DNA of 37,906 nt from Octopus bimaculoides (Eukaryota): NCBI RefSeq assembly GCF_001194135.2, contig NC_068998.1, forward strand, positions 25,847,429-25,885,334, written 5' to 3'. Below, in pieces: positions 9,276 to 21,323 of the stretch. The number at the start of each line of letters is the position of its first letter. Position 1 is the stretch's first letter. The notes beneath the pieces are model-generated. The model worked only from the letters and a program-made list of their open reading frames with translations. It was not told where the DNA came from and did not search any database. A program made the translations under genes and the position numbers.

Positions 9276-12200
9276 TGCTACACATTTCGATATATTTTTA
9301 CTAAATTCTTGGTGAAAATGCGGTTGAAGTACATTTGGATGAATCTTTAGTGTTCAAATGCAAAAATCCTCAGGGTTATTTGTTTCCAAATATTTTGTGC
9401 TTTTGGTATGAACAGCGATAAATAAAACGGATACCTGCCTGACTACGGAAATGGTTGCTATGTTGGTAAATTAATACCAATTCATTATGATGGGTTGCTT
9501 CAGGGGCCGACATTTTTATAGATATATAGCATGTATATAATGAGTTAGTTATTCTAGCTGTCAGCATCATACAGTTAATGATTCGTGGGACTTTATTGAT
9601 CTTATTACGTGTGCACTCAGTAACGACCTTGAGTCATTGTGCCAAATTATTAGAAATCCAATAAAAGGAATCAGTGGCTGTCAGTATGAATTAAGTGGCC
9701 CCACTTAAATGGATGTTTGTATGCGGATCGGTTGGACTTTTCGACAGGAATATTATTGCATTAGTTGAATCAACTTCTAAGGGATTTCACTGAGAGCTAT
9801 CATTTATAATAAATATGCTGAATGTGTCAGTTGTTTATGTCTGTCTTTAATTAGTAATATCGTAGATTAAAAATGATAGCAGTAATATTTATAAGAGCGA
9901 TGGCGTTTGTACCAATAACGATTGTAATAGCAATATTATCATGCATAACAAAAGCAATATTAATATTGTATGCAGTTGTGCCACTACACTGGTATTAATG
10001 ATTTCCAAACAAATAATCAATACTTATCAATGCTAATTAGTACATTTCTTGAGAAGTAGTGATCGACATAAGATCAGAAATCTATTCTTTAAAAGCACAT
10101 AATTTGGTTGAATGAAATAGCATGAGTAGTTGGATCTCACATATGTTAGAAGCAAAGTGTTTGTCTGAATAGAACAAATTGCTGGTATATATGAAGGTGA
10201 CTAGTTGTAAGAGCTTACAACTCTATGACGTCCATTTCATTCCAATAATTTTAGATTGTTCGTAGGGGCACATGTAATGAGATCCATAAAAGCACGGAAA
10301 TTATAAGCTATAAGATATTGATAATTAAGTTGAACAAAAGACATTAGGTCGTACTTAATTTTGTGTTAATAATTTTAACACAAGGAACGGCAAAAAAATT
10401 ACGAAAATTAATTATCTGGAGAAAAAATACAATGTCTATCAAATAACATTTTAATTATTTCGGCAAATACATTGGAAATCTCTTAGCATGTTTTAGTCTT
10501 TTTATGACCTCATCATCAAAACATGTCCATTACTATATTTGGAGAAGTTATAATGAAATAATCACTAAGTAAATATACATACAGTTGTGTACATTATTTG
10601 ATGTAGTATCATATTTGTACAACTGAATTGTTTACAAAGTAAATGATAGTAGTAAAAAGTGAATAATTGAAACTATGAAAGTAGTATGTTGCTAGTAGCT
10701 ACTGAACTAAGAATCATATCATTGGCTGAGATACACATAAATCGTTGGTCATATAGCAGTTAATCATCTAAATAGGGTAAACTGTTACCACGAAGCGAGG
10801 AAAAAGCTCATCGAATTTAATTAGTGTAAAAAAAATCTATGGTATGCGCAAAAAATGGCGGCAAAATCTCCTTTAAATAACGCCCTAACGTCTTTAAAAA
10901 AACAAAAGACGTGCATAATGTAAACAAGGAAACGCTATTCTCGGAATATAGATAACGTAGACAGGATTTTAATGCTTTTCATCATAGGCCTATTCAATCA
11001 AGATCAATATAGAACTAAACAAGAACGCCACTGAAAAAAGCTTTAAAACATCTGCTTATGATAAATCCTCGCAAAATGACAAAAAATAGGTATAAAATAT
11101 GTTGTATGCATTCTTGAACCATTATAAAATTTTGGGACATAATCGAGTAAATTTTCTAAAGTTAAGACTAAAATAACATGATGTATGAGTTGAATGACCT
11201 ACAGAGTGAGAACTGAAGTATAATATTGGAGTGTGCGAATGATTGAATGGATTAAAACAGTAAAATAAGACGGTGTAAGTGATAATTACTTGCTATCTTC
11301 CCTTACATTCAGTCTAACCTGACTCTATAATGAACAAACTCCAGAAATAGTGCATCTATAAAATATTAGCTATAAAATACTTCAACAAGAACTTTCCTTT
11401 TCATCTTATTCTCATTTAATAGCTTTTGCGTTAAGCCTCAACGAATTCATTTTAAATATAATTAATTCAGTAAAAGATCATCTTCAACTTTATGAGACAG
11501 TTTTGTTGTGGTTTTATTTTTTGTAATAATTTTTACTGTTTTATTAAATGGGAAATGTTTTGATACAAATCTTTTTTTTAAAGATTTTTAATTTTTATTT
11601 TTGGTACAAGATATTAGCCTTTGATGAAGTTTCTAAATTATATTTAAAACGACTTACGGGCAAAATTTCATAGATTTACACCGACGTTTATTACGATAGC
11701 AATCTATATTTTTCAACGTTTTCTGCAACTGAAATTCTGTGTGCGTATGTCTATGTATTTTTGTGTATGTATGATACGTGAATGTTTGTAAACGTGTTTT
11801 TGTGAGCATTTATCAAGAGTTATTTTATGTACACACATATTAAATACATGAAAAATTCTATCAAATGTTTTTCAATGCATAAATCTTTGAGGTGTTGAAC
11901 TATATACTAGAATGTAGTTATAAACATAGACAACATTGGAGCTTAAATACGCATATAAAATTCCCAATATATATGTATAGATATAAATAAATATATACAC
12001 ATGTTAAGGTGCAGATATGCATAGTTGTCTACCAATATTCGTGATATATATCATGTTTGCACACAAGTGCATATGCACACAGAAATGTACACAGATTCAT
12101 ACACACATATACACACACGCACACCCTCTCACACACATATATACATACATATACATATGCATATAAGTGTATTTACATATGTAGATGCCTGCTTTTATAG

Positions 12201-12594
12201 CGTGTTGTGTGTGTTGTGTGTGCTGTACATGCGTATATGTTTGTCTTTGTTCTTAATTAGTGCACAGCATATCAACATTCCGTATTCATGTTCGTTAAAT
12301 ATGTGTAACACCAAATATATACACTTGCATCATTAGTTGAATACTAAACTTACCTCTTTTCTTTTCCTCTTTTTCTAGGCTCCAAATTCAACTGAAATTA
12401 TGGTACTTATTAATGGGTATAACGCAAACGAAAATGACAAAGAAAAATCAATTAATTATTATAGGGTTTTGGGTTAATAGGAAATTTTTGGGATAAAGAT
12501 GAGACCTGTTAGCTAAGTCGATAAGAATTTTCGTCACATAAGGCTAAAGAGGCTGATAACAATCATGGATTACATATTTTAATATTAAGCAGAA

Positions 12595-12813
12595 GAGGCA
12601 GCGAGCTGATAAAATCGTTAACACGCCGATCAAAATATTTAGCGGCATTTCGTCCATCTTTACGATCAGTGTTCAAATTCTTCCGAGGTCAACTTTGCTT
12701 CTCATCAATTCGGGGTCGAGGAAATAAGTACCAGTTAAACACTGGTGTCGATATAATCGACTCAGCGCACTCCTCAAGCATGCTGGCCTTGTGCCAAAAT
12801 TTGAAATCAATAT
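12595..12813 (+). mobile_element. SINE family A (tRNA-derived)
   Basis: GAGGCAGCGAGCTGATAAAATCGTTAACACGCCG…CATTTCGTCC…GTTCAAATTC…GGGGTCGA…AATAAGTACCAG…GGCCTTGTGCCAAAATTTG; B-box-like GTTCAAATTC; colinear with 15885-16052 and the reverse complement of 34681-34844. Confidence 0.9.
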
Positions 12814-12960
12814 TATGTACAAGAATTATGGATAGGAAAAGACGTTCGAGCAGATGAAGAAACGCTTCTCGGTATGTGCTCCCATCCATGATGTCCTGAG
12901 TTCACATATTTTGCGACCTGGGAGGATTTAGTCAACTAATTCATGCCCTAAATGTTTAAT

Positions 12961-12995
<35 letters not shown>

Positions 12996-13409
12996 NNNNN
13001 NNNNNNNNNNNNNNNNNNNNNNNNNNNNNNNNNNNNNNNNNNNNNNNNNNNNNNNNNNNNNNNNNNNNNNNNNNNNNNNNNNNNNNNNNNNNNNNNNNNN
13101 NNNNNNNNNNNNNNNNNNNNNNNNNNNNNNNNNNNNNNNNNNNNNNNNNNNNNNNNNNNNNNNNNNNNNNNNNNNNNNNNNNNNNNNNNNNNNNNNNNNN
13201 NNNNNNNNNNNNNNNNNNNNNNNNNNNNNNNNNNNNNNNNNNNNNNNNNNNNNNNNNNNNNNNNNNNNNNNNNNNNNNNNNNNNNNNNNNNNNNNNNNNN
13301 NNNNNNNNAGTACTACGCACTTTGAAGGCCTTGAACCAAATGATTTGAAATTCTAAACAGATGTGTCCACATGAGAAATTTTGTGTGACGGGCTTACGTA
13401 TGTGTCAGT

Positions 13410-13458
13410 GAGTGACTTTAGATGTGGGCGCGAGTGACTTTAGATGTGGGCGCGAGTG

Positions 13459-13460
<2 letters not shown>
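13410..13460. repeat. 22-bp tandem duplication (GAGTGACTTTAGATGTGGGCGC x2.3)
   Basis: Exact repeat at 13410-13431 and 13432-13453, plus GAGTGAC. Confidence 0.95.
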
Positions 13461-13505
<45 letters not shown>

Positions 13506-13660
13506 CATGCATACATACATACATATATATACACATACATACATATATATCAATTACATATTACATATATACATATATACACATACATACAAACACCCAT
13601 AAATACATACATACATACATACATACATACATACATACATACATACATACATAGACACAC
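13460..13660. repeat. Compound microsatellite (CA)n/(TA)n/(TACA)n
   Basis: Read directly. Confidence 0.95.
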
Positions 13661-14890
13661 ATAGGAAAATAGTGTCGAAAATTAATTTAGCTATTAAAGA
13701 ACACACAAAATATGACTTCCTCTTTATCTCTTACTAATGTTGTCTACTACTTTGAAACGTTGAATAACTTCTTACTCTTCTACACTCTGATAAATCACAT
13801 AATTCCACTGCATTGGTTTGACATTTAGTTACCTTATAAATTTTATAATCAAACGCAGTTTTCTCTCGTTTTTCTTTCTTTATTTTTTCGTTCCTTCATT
13901 ACATTGATCTTTAAGTCATGTTTACTATATAATCTTTTGAAATATTATATAATTTGTTTTATATTTTAACCTTTTGTTCTTTATAAGCATGTTGCATTCC
14001 TCTTTTTGAAGATGGGACTCATGAATCAATTGTAATTTTCCTTCTTTTACTTCTTTTTTTTTTCTCGACCCGTTGCATTTTACTTATTTATTTACTGACA
14101 TATTTATCAAAAGCAGTTATTGATATCCTCCTAACGAGGACTGCGCAATTGGAGACTTGGCTTTCTTAATCTCTTAAAATTAGACCGAGTCTGTTCTCTA
14201 CTTAATTTATTTGCGTCTACAAATTTGCGTACTTCGTTACCTACTAAGGTTCTCCATGACGTGTATGTTTGTACAATCCAGTTATTGTCTGGGTTTAGTC
14301 CATTTGATGCGTTTTGCTTTATGTGGTTTCACAAGTCTAGGGTTAGTGCCATCCTGATTCTGGTTACCTGGTAGTTCGTCTTTTTTGAGAGTTTGTTTGT
14401 CCAGTAGCAGACTTTTCGACCCCAGTCTGGTTTCCCACTGGGTAACGTAGTCCTTGTCCCGGGCGATGACAGATCTGGCATAAGTTTTGGCTTGTCCGGC
14501 GTCGCTCGTGACACATGCATTTTTTAAATATTCTCTGTGCGACGTGTAGGCATTATTTATGCTACTTGTAAATATTAGCATGTGCACATGGATGTATGGC
14601 AGTTGCATGTATATGCAATTATTCAATTTACGTACTTACTGTGTAATTGGTGCGTTTTTCTAGGGTTCCTGGTGCTGGTCTCAACGTCTTGCGTATGCCA
14701 CACTGAGAAAGAAACGCTTTTAAGAAATAAACTACTTTGTATTTAACAAACATCTTTCCGACTTTTTAGTTCCTTTACTACAACAGCACATTTCCCACAG
14801 TTGTATCGCGAAGTTTTCCTACCATTGCACCAATGTCATTAGATTAAGTTTATTTTGTGGAAAGAACTGTAATGTACATCCATAATGTTG

Positions 14891-14892
<2 letters not shown>

Positions 14893-14964
<72 letters not shown>
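14893..14964. repeat. (TAT)n microsatellite
   Basis: Read directly. Confidence 0.98.
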
Positions 14965-15074
14965 GGATAGAGAGATGACTTCTTTACTTTTGTATACAGG
15001 CCTGTTTCGGTTCCTTTTTCCGTGACGGGAACTCCACAATATATAGCGATATTTACTCAGTAGTTTGGGAGAAC

Positions 15075-15760
15075 GGTTACCTATTGGAACAATCTAGCAT
15101 CATGCGCTCGATTCGCCAATGGTATCAGCCCTCGTCTCTTCTGTATGCAATGGCTCTTGTGCCACATGTGGAGGAATTAGAGGTGTCGCATGGCATCTCG
15201 AGCAAACTAGGATGTTGGAGAACCGTGTCAGCAAAGGCAGACGAGGCGCGGTGCCTGGCACTTAGAGTGCCGTCACGTGATCAGAGTCCAGTCATTTGGA
15301 CAATGCAGTCTGTAGAGGTTCCATTCTGGCGTTGTATAGAGGGTCAGTGACGGACAATTTGGTCGGTGGAACTTCTTGGGTTGACGAGAATGAACTGGCT
15401 GGTCTGCTTCGGAGAACTTTGTTTGGTCTGGCTGTGCAACCGGGTGTGCATTGCCTGTGCGGGATAAATTCTACAGGCATGAAAGTGCCGTCAGACGGGC
15501 TTGCCGGAGATGCGCACATAGCGACGTAACTTTTCTGCACGCTCTCGTCTAGTGCCCAGGCACGAATCCGATTATCAACTAAGTGAATTCTGAAGATCGC
15601 CCTGCCTCCCTCTTTTAACTGGGAAGTTTTCTTTTGTCCGGTGACTTTAGTGAAAAATGTTTTGTGGTGGACCAGATTGAAAGGGCTGAAGAGAGATACC
15701 TTCCTCTTTCGCCAAGCCCTAGTCAACTTTTCCCAGTTTCCCTTGAAAAGGAATATGAAG
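15075..15760 (+). mobile_element. Tx1/L1-like non-LTR retrotransposon ORF2, 3' fragment with RT zinc-binding region
   Basis: Across frameshifts: WVDENELAGLLRRT; LPVRDKFYRHESAVRRACRRCAHSDVTFLHALV*CP (CxxC…H…C of zf-RVT); WWTRLKGLKRDTFLFRQALVNF; FPLKR. Typical C-terminus of L1/Tx1-clade ORF2. Confidence 0.82.
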
Positions 15761-15884
15761 GAACAAAGGCAATTTCGTTAAACGATAGATGACTGTAGCA
15801 CGAATAGCCCTATTGACCAGGCCTACTTTAAGCAAGCGCTTCGAGGTCAAGGTTAAATGAAAAGGAAGGGGATACTTTCCCTAG

Positions 15885-16052
15885 ACGTCAGATTCGTCAG
15901 CACGCCGGGTAAAATTCTTATCGGCATTTCGTCCGTCTTTACATCCTGAGTTCAAATTCCGGCGACGTTGACTTTGCTTTTCATCCTTTTCGTGTCGATC
16001 TAATCGACTTTCCTCTCTCCCAAAAATTGCTGACTTTGTGCCAAAAATTTGG
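15885..16052 (+). mobile_element. SINE family A, internally deleted copy
   Basis: GATTCGTCAGCACGCCGGG…CATTTCGTCCGTCTTTAC…GAGTTCAAATTCCGGCGACGTTGACTTTGC…TTGTGCCAAAAATTT. Confidence 0.88.
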
Positions 16053-16072
16053 TATCATCATCATCATATTCT

Positions 16073-16074
<2 letters not shown>

Positions 16075-16146
<72 letters not shown>
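16075..16146. repeat. (TAA)n microsatellite
   Basis: Read directly; follows the SINE A tail. Confidence 0.98.
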
Positions 16147-16147
<1 letters not shown>

Positions 16148-18360
16148 TCATGACCAATTTTTTCTCTATAAAATATTTTTCCCTGCTTATATTTCTATAT
16201 TTGTGTATGAAATATTTATATTCCCTAAAGCAAAACCCATTAATTCAAATTAATATTAAACTTTCACTTCAACATCTGAAGGTAATATTAAACACACACA
16301 CATGCATTTTGAAATTTTTCGTCTATGGTCCATGAAATATATTAAGATATATCTATATCTTAAGTTTATATTTTTCCAATAATTTATTATGAATTACAGA
16401 CACATTTTAGTATTGAAATATTATATTTCATGTGCGCTAAAGGTCAATAATCGTTTATGAATGGCAGTCCTTGAATGCAAACCGTATTTAAGTAGTATAT
16501 ATTTTATCGACCTCTGAGGGATAAAAGGTAAATTTGGCTGTGGTTAGCTATGAAGCAAAAAGGTTAAGACATGAAAGTGAATATTGCAATATAGTTATTC
16601 CACCTTGAACGAGTTCTGCGATATCATCACCATCTTATTATTGGTATAATAGCAAATATTTCTGGTAAACATCCGAAATATTTTATAGTTTTATGAATAC
16701 CATATTCGTTGATTTTGAAAAATTATAAATAGAATGTATAGCATGCAAGTTTTTATTGCGGTTTGACAGGCAGTTATATATTTCCGAATAGCAGTAATAT
16801 ATTAAACATTTCCTATTAAAATTCTACCGTAAGCAACCGGCAATTACAATGATAGCAATTAGAAATATAATTCTTAAATTCAAAGAATGTCATATTCCTT
16901 ATTGCTATCACAGACAACTAGTTAAGCCTAAATAAAAGTAAAAAAAAAAGAGCAGTACTAAAAATACATGCTCGCTAGTCATATTCCAACTAAATTATAG
17001 CTGACACACTCCTTTCACAAACACTTTAACTTTGTTGCAACTGTCACTTTCAAAAATATCATATGCATATGTTACTTTTTGGACTGGTCCTTAGAAAATG
17101 TTTTCTTGAATATTTTCTTCTGGACTAAATTGTCCATGCATCTATAGTCATGATTTTTCTACCACGAGATACCTAATACATAGCATAAGTATGGTTAAGT
17201 TATCAGTATTTTGATTCATTGGAAAACAAATTCTGCTTTACTTCTTAATACTTAAGATGTTGAGGGAAATGTTTACATAGCTTTCCTTAATCATAAGTCT
17301 TCATCAGTTTGAAATCCAACTGGTGCAAATATTCTAATTAGACATGAATTCCTACTTCGCGTCTTCTTTTTTCTTTTCTTTTTTTTTTGGCTAATTTTCT
17401 GCAGCCAACATTTAATTTGTTCATTTGTTGTCAAAATATTTCATATATTGTTCAACTGCATCATATTCGTAAGGTTATTTCTCTAATGACGATTAATATA
17501 ATTTCACTTCACAAACATTTTTCAAGTTCCTCGTAGTATGTCATGTCATCATATAGTATTGCACGGAGCAAAGCAAATATAATAGAAAAGCATAAAACAT
17601 GTTCAATTTTCCTTAGATGCCAGTCTGACAACTGATTTCAAATCGGTTATACTATTAAGAAACGAGTAACTAACACATCTTTCAAATACTTTTTTCTTGC
17701 CTGCATCACAGATATGTGAACGAATAACACATAGCCTTTGTAACACAGTTAAATATGTTATTTCCTTTAAACTTCCCTCTGCCATCGGCACCTGATAATG
17801 GAGTGAAGCAAATAAACTTGAATGCAGCAAAAACAACTCTGAAAAATTTTTGAAATTTTAGATGAAATCTCGTTGTTGCCAAAATCAAATTTAAATGAAG
17901 TTTATAAAATACCACTAGAAGAATATAAAGACAGAAAATAAATTCACGTGAACCGATTTTTTTTATATTTCCCAATGAAAATACGATAAATAGAGCAAGG
18001 TCATCCGGTAGTAATGCTATTTCAAATTCATCGCCAGAACGATGCACAAATTGGTTCAAAGGTAATAAAGCAGATAAAAGGGAAAACAGCGGGTTCTTGT
18101 TTCATTTAGTTTGCAGTGAATGTTTTAGCGTAAATGTATTTTATAATAGCTAGTTTCTGAATAATGGCTGGGTTGCAGTTTGATGGCGCGTGAAAATGTT
18201 TTAATGATATTTCTATATCAGTAAAAATTATGTTAAACACAAACTTAATCTTCTTGTACATTGTCATTACTGGAATTCCTAAAAGATAAACATATAACAA
18301 ATATATTTTCAGGTCTTGTACAAGTTTATACCATATCAAAAATGAAAAAGTTAGCGTTAT

Positions 18361-18754
18361 AGGCACAGGCGTGGTTGTGTGGTAAGAAGCTGCCTTACCA
18401 ACCTCATAGTTCCGGGATCAGTCCCATTGCGTGGCACCTTGGGCAAGTGTCTTCTACTATAGCCTCGGACCGATGAAAGCTTTGCGAGTAGATTTGGTAG
18501 ACGGAAACTGAAAGAAACCCGTCATATATATATGTATATGTTTGTGTGTCTGTGTTTGTCCCCCCCCCATCATTGCCTGATAACCGATGTTGGTATGTTT
18601 ACATCCCTGTAACTTAGCGGTTCAGCAAAAGATACCGATAGAAAAAGTGCTAGGCTTACAAAGAATAAGTCCTGGAGTCGATTAGTTCGACTAAAGGCGG
18701 TGCTCCAGCTTGGCCGCAGTCAAATGATTGAAAGAAGTAAAAAGAATAAAAGAA
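18361..18754 (+). mobile_element. SINE family B, full length
   Basis: AGGCACAGGCGTGGTTGTGTGGTAAGAAGC…GTGGCACCTTGGGCAAGTGTCTTCTACTATAGCCTCGG…CTCCAGCTTGGCCGCAGTCAAATGATTGAAAG; tail AAGAATAAAAGAAT. Confidence 0.94.
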
Positions 18755-20939
18755 TTGTCTTATCTTTTTTGCTGCAACTCTGAGTAATCGCAGTCACTTG
18801 TATATCAGTCTGCTCCAGTATAGTAATGACTTATCCTTATAAGACGTTGTTTCTTTTCAAAAGTTTAATAGTTTTCCTCTCCACAATAAAAGAAGATAAA
18901 TAATGACTCCTCTGCAGTTCCTACTACGGCTTCTCATTATCAGAAACCACCTAACTATAGATTGGGGATTATTCGGCGTCCCACAAAATGATATGTTTCC
19001 TCCATTAGAGAGAATTTAAATTATGCGCACACAGCTGCATTTCATCACTCTGAATAAGGAAATAACTTCATTCGCACCCAAGGACTTCAGATTTTAAGAA
19101 TCCTTGGATTCTGTGTTGGAACAATAATTTTTCACATATTTTCTAATACCTCTTCTGATTTACCGGTCACTTAGCAAAAGTGAGGACCATAAAATCTATA
19201 TTGTCACGCGTCTCCAAATATTACAAACACATTTGCAAACCAGAACCTTGTCAGCAAAAAGTGATTTACAATGAGCAAGTGAATGTAAGTGCTTCGTTTT
19301 GCCAACTTTCTCGCTATTACGGATGTCTAGTTTCATGAAATTCTTTTTTTAAATGGTTTACAGGCATTCATTGTTAAATATGTAGTTTTCCAATGCATCA
19401 ACACCAACATTATAATTCAAATAATTTTATATCTCCTAGATGTACTTTCTGTAGTTACTGAGCGGCGTATGAAAAAAAGGTGACAGACCTGATATAAGAT
19501 GTTGGAAATAGAAAGTTATTTTATCTTTCAAATTTAGATTTATCGTATTCACTTCAAGTTTGAAATGTTTAAGGTAAGAGGTAACAAGCATGACATTTAA
19601 AGAAACAGCGATTTTTGTTTTTCATCAGTAAAACATCATAGCAGAAGAGATGTAGAATGTTCCAAAGGTGTAGTGATGACAAACGTTTTCTGAATCGAAT
19701 CGAATATTTAGCATTAGATAATTTGGTTTCGTTGAAGAAAAATAGAATTGCATTATTGATTCAAGAACAATATAAACCGTGTAACTGTGGTGACAGTTTA
19801 AACTTTTGGGTATCGTTCATAGATCCAAGACATTTGATTCCTAAAATTATACATTTCAGAAAGTGTCATTTTCTTAAACTCAGTGACAGAGATATTTAAA
19901 ATATAACACAAGTAAAAAGAAATTTTATTTCACCTTAAATTTCACGCTGCTCTTATCATCGGTTATTAAACCTATTACATTAGAATGTTGGTAAACTCCT
20001 TTTTTACCTATTAGAGAGAATTAGAGAGAAATTGATTAGCAAGCTTACGTTTATTTTGTGTAATTCTTGAAAGCTGGGCGCCTACAGACATTCTAAAATA
20101 TTTTATGAACAATAAGATAGGGAATTATTGTTTAGTTAGTATATATCTGCTTTAGCGCTCTACTTTACCTTTATAACACCTATCACGTAACCGATTAGTA
20201 CAAATATAATCCGACGTTTGCAATACAAACTTTTGATGATGATATATTGAACCAGCATTTAAAGTGTTAACTGGAAACACGTCTAATAAAATTTAATTTA
20301 TTTGCTGTCTAATTTATCAGTATACTCAAGTGTTTTTTCGACAGGCGGTATCATTCATCATTGCCGTAACTACTAATGGGAGACTGAATTTGAACAAAAG
20401 AATGGTGGTATGAGCGTCCAGTAATTTGTGTTCACTAGATAGCATTACTAAATCATTTTAGTATATAGCTAGAATACAGTTAAAACACAAAATAGTCACT
20501 TTTGAAAATATTGATGAAAGATACAGTAACGTAGCGACTACAGTTTTCGCATATTTCTTTGTTTCAGGAATTCACGTTAATCATGTTAAAGCAATTATTT
20601 TCATTTATTCTATTTTCAAAGTGGAATTCTTTTCCTCCACCAGAAGCCTTCTTAATGATGAGTCCATACACATCTGCGTTAGCTTACCCCTCTGTAGCAT
20701 CTATGTTACTCACACCTAATATTTCGTCGATCAAATATACGATATATATACGTCTCATCTCCATGTATGTAAGCCATATAGGTATCATGTGGACACAATA
20801 TCGACAAAGTTTGACTGCACTCACTCTCGTGACAGGATGAGTGAGAACTAAGCCTGTGGAAATAGCTCCCGGAGATAGAGTGACGGATGCAAGAAACGCT
20901 CTTCACAGCTACACTTCTGCCACTTTTAGCTGAGGTGAT

Positions 20940-21323
20940 TATAGGGTGGTCCGAAAGTCTTATTACCCCCCCACCACCACCACTACTGAAAAGTACTAAG
21001 AAAAATACAGGAACAATATAATAATATCAAACACGTACTGGTTTTAGTATATTCACTTTCATTGACACTGACACTCTCACACATCGAGAAGGTCTGTATG
21101 ACACCAACAGCTTCGTAAAATATCACACAGGACATGGCGCCGCATCATTTTGTGTCACAGAAATGATGCTGCTCATACAGACCTTATCGATGTGTAGCAG
21201 TGTCAGTGTCAATGAAAGTGAATATACTAAAACCAGTACACGTGTTTGATATTATTATATTGCCCCTCTGTTGTTTTTAGTACTTTTCGGTACGGGATGA
21301 CAAGACTTTCGGACCACCCTATA
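20940..21323. mobile_element. Tc1/mariner-type MITE with TA target duplication; nearly fully palindromic
   Basis: TA at 20940-41 and 21322-23; perfect 20-bp TIR TAGGGTGGTCCGAAAGTCTT; perfect 40-bp internal inverted match 21036-21075 / 21199-21238; central mini-hairpin GCATCATTT…AAATGATGC; no ORF. Confidence 0.92.

Noticed and set aside
10852-10862. YY1-like motif AAAATGGCGGC with ATG in good context
   Set aside because: Isolated; the frame closes after 22 codons and there is no other promoter evidence.
11657-11728. Minus-strand exon-like signal (atttcag…|gtaagt)
   Set aside because: Not phase-compatible with the nearest minus-strand candidate; such hits are expected by chance at this base composition.
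13410-13460. Short exact repeats as a possible CRISPR array (also 33843/34195 and 35788-35945)
   Set aside because: No unique spacers or regular periodicity, eukaryotic context, no cas genes.
15292-15726. 144-aa minus-strand ORF resembling a Ser/Pro-rich terminal exon
   Set aside because: Antisense of the Tx1/L1-like ORF2 fragment, which explains the GC content.
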